Assembly: GCA_016748015.1 (NCBI GenBank)
Contig: JAAOMT010000414.1
Span: 1-64,000 of the forward strand
From: Geosiphon pyriformis uo1
Lineage: Eukaryota > Fungi > Glomeromycota
Direction: 5' to 3'
Length of the DNA: 64,000 bases
Under the pieces are notes generated by a model, which worked only from the letters and a program-made list of their open reading frames with translations, ran no database searches and was not told the DNA's origin. Made by a program: the position numbers and the translations under genes. This document shows, one piece after another, positions 55,280 to 64,000 of this stretch; within the stretch, counting starts at the first letter, position 1, and every line of letters starts with the position of its first letter.

Positions 55280-58200
55280 CTTTTAATAAATAAAGCCCAA
55301 TTACTATTTAGTACACAAAGCCAAACTAAGTAGCCAAAACTAGATGTGACTTACATATTTTCTACATGTGGCTAGCCACTCAGGCCAGACAAGACAACAC
55401 TACACACCTAAAACAACACAAGGACTACAATCCAAATCTGTGAAAAAAAGACAGAGCCATTGATGGCCAAAACTAACCACAAAAAACTCAATAATACCAA
55501 GCATGCTAACCACTCTTTCTGACAGCAAAGACTCAACACAACATAACAAACCTGAAACCACACTATCATTACCTACCAAGCCTGCTCTTTCCATCTTTGC
55601 CCTATGTTTACATCTCACCAGCCAAATTTTAGAGTGATACAACTCAGCTAATTGCCTAACAAACCCAATAATCATGCAAAAAGCCTCTTTTTTCTCATCA
55701 AAAACATTGATGGCTTCCTCATACCAGTCTTTAAGCACAAACTTCTTGCACAAAACTGAATACAAGTCAACATCCGAAGAGCACTGACTAAGAGCCTGCA
55801 AAACAGCAGAAGAAGCTGGGCCAACAACACCCAACAAAGAATTCCAAAATGCAAAAGCTTTAGCCAAAACCTCCTCCCAAACTCCAGCATCCAATACACA
55901 AGTAAAAACATGATCAGGCATTTCCACTTTATCACACAATAAACACAACATGTCAGAATACCTCCTATTATACAACTTTTTTTTAACCACAACAGGCAGC
56001 CATTAGTACACAGCTTTTATCAGATATGTATGCAAACCAGAAGATTCCCAATTAGTAAAGCCAGCAAGCATATGAGAGTTAGGATGCCATACCCAAGCCA
56101 TAGCACTCCAGTTTACACACCCAACCAGATCACTCAGAACAACATCTTGGCCAGAACCAGCCTCCCAACGAGCATGACAAATAGACTGAAACACATTCCT
56201 GACAAATAGACTGAAACACATTCCTAACAAAATAACAAACATTGCCAGAAATGGCTGTATCTTCAGCCATCAGAAAATGTTCATGTATTCTCACAGGCAA
56301 AGAAAACTTAGAACACATAGCATAACCAGTAGCAACGTCAGTCTCCACATTATCCACAACTCCAGAATGGCCTTTGACCTTCACCCATCTTACAACAAAA
56401 TCTTTATCTCTAACTAAATTAAAAATATGATGTCTCTTTATCTAGCATGAAACATGAAAGTTAGGCACAGCCAAAGTCATTTCAGATACACACACATCAA
56501 TGGCAATCTGGCTGTCAAGATACAATACCATTGCACAAGAGGATAAGACGCATTCCAATACCAGAGTGACCATCTGCAACTTAGATAAAGTAGAAGACAA
56601 TAGACCTCAAACCTTAACACCAACACTTATATTCACAGAAAAAAAATATGCAGCCGTACCGTTAGCAATATCAGCAGTTCTAGCATTTTTTAATGACTCA
56701 TCTGTGTAAACATCAAACAAACCAGACCATATTTCATGTAAACCATTTTGAATATCAGAGAACTCCATAGAATTCAGAACATCTAGCTTAGGTAGAAGAC
56801 TGCTCCCAGCAGAAACAACCAATGAAGAGTTCATATCCAACAAAAACTTCATAACAGTCACAAACCAAAAAGAAACAGAGCCTCTCGGATCCAATCTCTT
56901 TTAATAATGAAAGGTCTTTCAATCTATCATGCGATTCTTTTTATCAAACAGCCTATCACTAAAAGTAACACCAAAACATTTCAACAAACAAACCAAGTTA
57001 AAGTAAAGAGCATTTCTCAACACAGAAGATATAGAAAACACACCAGAACTGCAAAAAGCACTTGGCAAATTGTTAGCTAAAGACAGCCTATTATTCAAGA
57101 AAATCTTAACCACACCAGCCAGAAAATTGTTCACAGGACCAACACATAACTTAACAGAAAACTGCAAGAGGTTTAGTGGAGCCCAACTCAAAATCTGCAA
57201 ATCCAAAAATTTATGATTGAATAAATGCCTGAAAATGCCAAAAGCATTGGAAAATGAAACTACAGCAGCTAATTTACACTCTGACTGCAATTGCTCAAAA
57301 GACTTCAAGCCATATAACAAGAGATGATATAACACTTTGACTAGAAAATTATGTGGTAGACGTGCTTTAGACCTAAAACCTTTTCAAACTATAGCATTTC
57401 ACTTGTGGTAAACCCCAAATAAAACAAAATTAAACTGGATTCTGTAGCTAATAATGAACTGCAGAACAGCTGAAACCAAATAAGAGAACTGCTTGTTAGT
57501 AATAATTTTTTTTAGCATCATATTGACAAAAAAGCACACATCAGAATGAGCTTTGGCCACATTCGGCTTAGACAACTCTTCAGTAAACAGAAAAATATCC
57601 AAGTATCTATGAGTCTTATCTTTTCTAGTTATTGAAATTGGCTGACCACTTATGCTCAAAGAAGCTATCTTAATACCCTAATTAATAGAAATGGCCACAG
57701 TTTTTTCATTGTTAATAGAAATGTCATTGATTGCAAAAAATTCACTAGCAATATTCAGAGCATACTGCATTGATACTTGACAATCACCAATCCAAATTGT
57801 ATCATTCACAAATGCACCTGCAGCAAAAAAAGAAGATAACTTGCCACTAGCCTTAATTCTACCAGTTTTCGCTACAAACTTAGTGTCAATATGATAACCA
57901 CACAAATGCTCATGCCTTTTAACTTCACATAAAAAGGGATTGTAGAAAATCTTTCAGAGAAAAGACAAAAAGACTTCACCCTGATCTAAGCCATTGTAAA
58001 TTCAGTATCCATCAATAAGACTAAAATTGTTTATAATTCTATTAACCCTATCACCATATATGCCACCAAAAAATCTAATAAACCTATCACACATTTTGAT
58101 CCGATGTAAGTTAGTCTCCAAGTAATGCCAACTCACAGAATCATAGGCCTTGTGCATGTCCTGAAGAACCAACCAAAGTTCATGATCTTTTTCAAGAGCA

Positions 58201-61200
58201 TTTTCGACAACCAAACCAACCACAAACACAGGAGATTGAATAGACATACCCTTCAAAACAGAAAAGTTATCACCACAAAGAACACTAAACTTGCTGCATA
58301 CAGAAGAGATTTTATCAAAAAAAATCTTGGAGAGAATTTTCCTGGCAGTCTTGATCAAAGCTATAGGCCATGTATTCATAAAAACTCTATCCCAATCATA
58401 AGATTTAGGAATTATTGAGACCCAAGCCCTTCTCCATAAAACAGGAACACTACTGACCAACAAACATGCATTCAACAACCTTAAAAGATATCCCAACACT
58501 CCATTGTCATCATGCTTCCAAAGTTTATTAGGAATGCCAGACAAACCAGCAGCTTTACCATTAGGCAGACCATTAACAACCAAGAGCAACTCACTCAAAC
58601 TGATAGCACTTATCATACTAGAAAAAGCACAATTCTGCACATAATTTAATAAAGCATATTGACGAGCCCAGAGATCAGACACCACCAAAAACACTGCCTA
58701 TTTTCTAGTCCAATTCTTCATGATCTTATCAACATTGAGCTTTACTTCCTTAGATTCCAAAATTAATTCATCATCTACCACTAAGTAATCCAGAACTACT
58801 TTGCAAAAAAGCCGATCCAAAACACTTTTGATCATGTTACCTTTGTCAGAGCAGAAATTTTCCATGTGCTTTGAGATTGCCAATCTAATAAAAGTCTCTT
58901 CAGCCAATCTTGACTCATACATTTTAGATCTTCTGTATTCTTTACAAACCAATGACAAATGTCTAAGAACCACCTTAGACTTCTTATCTAAGCCAACCAA
59001 GTCAGTAAAAGTATGAGCCTTGACACTATTCAACATTGACCACATCTTCACAAGATGATTAACTCCAAACAAGTCACCTAAACCAAACTTTTTAACAATT
59101 TGGCAATCAACAATTCTAAACCAAAAAACTTAGAAGAAAGTTTATTCTTAGAACAATGAAATTCACTAAACCAATGTTTCAAAAATGTCTCGTCAGCTGA
59201 TTCCACCATCACCCTCTCCAAAACTGTCCATATAGCATCCATATTATCATAAGTTTTAGCACCAAGAAATTCATCAGCAACTGCTAAAAGTTTGGCAAAA
59301 AGATAATTTCTAAATCCAGTCTACTTGAGGCCATCAACATCTTTGATTTTGAACTTTCAACAATCCTTATTAGTTTGTTTGTACAAGCTATTTAACTGAA
59401 CATCTAGAAGTCCACCCAAGCCAATTAAAACCAAAACAGCATTATGATTAGTATTAAAAAAACCAGATACAAAGCAAATCTGATGACCAGCAATGACAGA
59501 AGAAAAATTACTGCCAACAAAAATAAAATTGATTGTCTTTTCAACTCTCTATAAATTGTTCCATGTAAAGGCTTTTATCATATGATAATCAGTAAATGAA
59601 TTGACCAAATCCAGATCCAAACAGAACTTGAATGTTGCACTCTTTTTAGAATTATTCTCATTAAAATCCTCACCCAAAACCACAAAAGTGCTAAAGTTAA
59701 TAGCTTCTGCAATCACAGAGTTCACCTCCAAAGCTTGACCAAATCTGGTCTCAAAAGAGGCACCAGTGTACAAACCCAGAACTGTGACTGAAAGCTTGCC
59801 CTTAAACAAAAGCCAAATCAAAACAATTCAGCCAGAAATCTCCTTAATTTTAAACACATGGTGAACCAAAGAATTGTTCATAATTACAGCAACTCCAGTG
59901 CCAAGAAAACCTTTATCTGAGCCAAACATAAAGACACACACATCCTTAAACTTATTAGCAATCTAAGGCTTAATACTGAACCTTAATTTTGTTTCCATAA
60001 TGATAGATACCATATTTCTGGACTCTCTGTGCCAACAAACAACGTCTTCCTGCTTAGCAGGGACATTGAGATCTTAAACATTACATGTAGCAAACTTCCA
60101 CACTAACTCCATTATTGAGAAGAGAAAACAGCAGAAACCAAACCAGCATTGTTTATTTTGGCTGAAAAGCTCATAACCATAATTGCAAGATTCTTCAAAG
60201 TGTTTTCCATTTTCTTAATAACAGAAAAATTGAAAATCACTGCTCCCACAACAGTCTTACCACCAGTGGCCACACCCAAATTCTTATTCATTACTATATC
60301 CGCCTCTTGATTCTGTAATAATGGAGTTATCAATGGCTGACATCCAGGGCTAAGCTGGGAAACTATTGGCCCAAGTGCTTTTAACCTCTTAACTAGCATA
60401 TCAACATACTCTGTGAAGCTGGCAAAACTGTGCTCAAAGAGTGGCAAACCTATTATTGATTTCTATCACAACCAGTAGGAATGATTTCATCTTTAAAGAA
60501 GAGCCAATATTTAGTAAAACAACCCAGCCAAAGAGAGAGAAAAAAAAAGACCCACCAGCTATCTTAGCCCAAGAAAAACCACCAAAAGAAACAAGATGAG
60601 CAACTGGAGCAGATCATTTGGCATAGATTACAGCCAGCCTGCTTTTATTTGCATCTGAAAGCATCCTATGCAATGGTTTACCAGAAAAAATCTTTCCACC
60701 CTCAGCACAGCTCAATGATATATGATCTGTCTTCTTACAATTGGCACATTTGGCAGATACAAGACTAGACCAACACAAATTAGTGCCCCTGAACACTGGT
60801 ATAGTTCTTATGGTAGCATCCAATGATCCAGCAGAATTAAAACAAACAACAGTGCACCTGACTCAGGCATATGTAATTGGATGGTGATTGATAATACAAA
60901 TCTTCCCATCTACAGATCTAACAAAATTCCAAATATCATGAGCATTAGTTCTCATTGGCAGTGTGTAAAGCAATACCCTATAATGATCCTTTGCATCTCA
61001 TAATTCTTTGTCTGAATCAGCTCTGGCCACACACATGACATCCTTTCCAATTAAGATAGACCACTCAGCTGCAACCAAATCAGCATAATTTGATTACTTA
61101 AATTCCATCACTGCTTTTTGCTACAGCCCCATCAAATGTATCTTGATCGACTTAATTATTCCAAACTTGGATAGTGCAGCATGCACAGCCTCAGCTGATG

Positions 61201-62043
61201 TTCCAACTAGAATTTTTTTAACCACCACAGCCCAATCTAAGCAAGTATTTGATTTTTTAAGATTAGTGTTTACCAAAATATTCACTGCTCTTGCCTTTTC
61301 TATAGTCTGCGCCAAGCTAGCTTCAGAAGTAAAAAAAGCACAGATGATCCCAGAAAATTTTGAGGAAGTAGAGACCCCTCCAAAACTATTGACTTTTGAA
61401 AACAACCTTCTAATTACCATTAGCTTTTCTTAAGAAGATTTTCCAACCACTTTATTCAAGCCAATATCCAAAGCAAAAGACTTCCTAACAGAAACAGAAA
61501 CCAAATTTTTCAAGGGAGAGGGAAGTTTTAAGGGGACATTCAAGAGAACATCATCATCAATATCAAGATTTGAGAAATTTATCTTTCTTAATGGCTTGCC
61601 CAAAGCCTTTTTAGTTTTAACACCTGGCCCTTTAGGCATTTGATCATGATCCCCACCAGTAATAGTGCTACTCTTACCATAGTCAAAGCTAGTTTCTTCT
61701 ATTAGGCATTTCTCTTCCATATTAATACTCTCAGACTTAGTAGTGTCACCAGTCTCAGAACTCCAAAGACAACCATTAGGCACCTCAGTTGAAACCCCTC
61801 TGCCACCAACACTCTCTTCCAAAGTGACATTTTTTCTTTTTTTCCTTGACAAAACAGGCTTGAAACCATCACCAAAACCAGACTCTTTAGCAATCTTCTT
61901 TATGATGGCAATACTAGGGCCAACAGTGGTTTTGAAATCAAAAAACAGTTTGGTTTTATTATACTGAATGTTGAAAAAACTTCTTTCAAAAAACTTTTGA
62001 CTCTTTCTGGGAATTTGGAATGAACGAAAAAAAGAAGTTTTTT
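55280..62043 (-). mobile_element. Element D: full-length degenerate LINE (ORF1 ~61904-60112; ORF2 60112-55400)
   Basis: LQDMHKAYDSV, AFVNDTIW, VYTDES, KVKGHSG and CLLC..DHVFTC, plus the conserved 3' UTR. A 25-bp internal duplication sits at 56176-56225. Confidence 0.95.
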
Positions 62044-63105
62044 ATTTAAATTATAACCAAAATTTAAAAATTTAATATATTAATTATTAATAAACTCAAA
62101 ATTAAATACAATTCAAAATATTTATATTTATAAATAATTACAAATAATTTTATATTTTATAATAATAATTAAAAATGCTTTTAATTGTTTTTTTATTTCA
62201 ATTTTTTAAAATAGCATATAAGTAAATTTATATAAAAACATTATTTTATATTTTATAATTTTAAAAGATTCTAAATTAAATATTATAATAATTATAATTT
62301 GATAAATCAATAATAATTAAATATATATAATTAATTTTTATAATTAAAAAAAAATTTATAAAAATAGTAATTATATATAAAAACATTTAATATAAAACAT
62401 ATATATATTAAATATAATTAAATAGCATAATAAAAACCAAAATTTTATTTTTTATTTATAATTATTTAAAATACTGTTAATTTAAATAAATTTTCAATTA
62501 ATAATTATTAAAAATAAATAATTAAACAAAATAATAAGTTGAATTTTGATGATATTATTAAATAATAAAGTAATAATACAAAAAATTTTTATTTAAAATT
62601 TAAAATTTATTTGTTAATTAATATTATTATTAATAGATTCTTATATTTTTTAATGAAAAATTATAACATATATTATAAAGATTATTATTAAAATTATATA
62701 AAAAATATTTATATTATTATATTTAATTAATAAAATCAATTTGCAAATAAAAAATAAAAGATTAACAATTAGTTTAATTACAACAAAAAAATATAAAACA
62801 ATCTAATTATTTAACTAAATTAAATACAAAAAATTTTGGTAAATTAAAAAATATGTAATTTAATAATATCAAAATTTATTATATTTTAAGATTTCTATAT
62901 ACTTTTATTTATACAATTTAATATTTTGGATTTACAACTATTATTCAGAAATAATTATTAAAAAATATAATTAATTTATTTATTTTTAATTATGTTGTTT
63001 ATAATTATTATTAATATTATTAATATATAATTAAGTTTTAAATCTAATTATTTAAATTAATAACTTATAAAAAATGTAAACTTTTAATTAAATTACAAAA
63101 AAAAA
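62044..63105. other. Extremely AT-rich spacer (hypermutated repeat relic)
   Basis: Almost devoid of C/G. Confidence 0.55.
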
Positions 63106-63109
63106 TAAA

Positions 63110-64000
63110 TCTTTTTCTTGTTAATCCCTTAACTATGATAAAAACAAAGTTTTTATTAAAGATTTAACATCTCTTTTTCTTTTTTTCTCTTTTGTTCTTT
63201 TTTTAGTTATTTCTTCCAATACACTTAATTTTGTTGTCATAGAACTGGCAAGCTCTTTTGTTGGTGGTTTTGGCTCAGACTTGGCTGGTTTAGAAATCTA
63301 TTCTAACACCAAAAAAAAGCAAGTAGAGAGTGTATACTCTCATGGTGCATCTTATAAGAAGCTGAAGAAGCCTAATACTAATAGTGTCTTGGTTGACTTG
63401 TCTATTGGTCCACTAAATTTAGAAGATGTTGGAGTTTCTAATGCTAAGCTTAGAGTGTCTTGGAGAAGTAAAGTTGGCAGCATTGCTAATAGTGTGAGCA
63501 GTCTCTTGAATGTCAAAAATATGGTAAACACAATTGCCAAAAAAACCAATTATGCAAAATCAGGTAAAGACAATAATATGGATAAAGCCATGCTGAGAAA
63601 AATACACATTCATACTTACGTGCTGGGCAATCTACCAAAGACTACTTTATTTAATATTATGGGTGATGATAATGATGTGTTGGACTTTTTGCTTCCTAAA
63701 TTTACCAGTTTTAAGCAGCTGTCATTGGCCAAGTCACATGCTTTTCCTGTTTAAAATTTTGATCCAGTTAAATCATTTGCTTTGAATATTGAATTGAAAG
63801 CTGTGCTTGACAAAACTGTTAATGATAAGTTGATTTATGTAAAAAAATTTTTTATCAAGTAGATAGTTTTGAGGGAGTTTTTACTCTCTCAAAATTCTCT
63901 GGTATTATTAGATCTTCTTTTACATCTAAGATTAGTTTAAAGAAGACTAGAAATTTGGCCATCAGTGTAAAAATCTTAGTCAATGATAATGTTAGGCAGA
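63110..64000 (+). mobile_element. Element E: 5' part of a LINE of the B subfamily, truncated by window end
   Basis: 5' motif TGTTAATCCC..GATTTAACA, and ORF1 (AGL..NTKKKQVESVYS..ASYKK) colinear with B. Confidence 0.9.

Noticed and set aside
38775-63549. Numerous short antisense/alternate-frame ORFs
   Set aside because: They are shadows of degenerate LINE ORF1/ORF2.

Overview
Very AT-rich, intron-containing eukaryotic DNA. The gene families (BTB/BACK-TLDc, lipase class 3, P450) and TE families point to a Glomeromycotina fungus, and it resembles Geosiphon pyriformis (inference). The left half (1-31.6 kb) is gene-sparse. It holds a pogo/Tigger transposase relic, a P450 pseudogene, two duplicated BACK-TLDc pseudogenes, a convergent pair of small secreted 8-Cys proteins around a (TTCG)n tract, a 92-bp MITE and tRNA-Asn(GTT). 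It also holds a divergent pair of intact lipase-3 genes that both lack the catalytic Ser, a complete Tc1 element, a TM/coiled-coil gene and a PPxY tail-anchored microprotein. The right half (31.6-64 kb) is essentially all repeat: a ~6 kb block nearly stripped of C/G, LTR relics, and five clustered non-LTR retroelements. Three of these are full-length (ORF1 + APE-RT-RNaseH-ZnF), one is cut by the window end, and one is an ORF1-only element carrying the same structured 3' tail as the autonomous ones. Repeats show pervasive C>T/G>A decay reminiscent of RIP. Exon structures were derived by hand from GT-AG sites and frame continuity.
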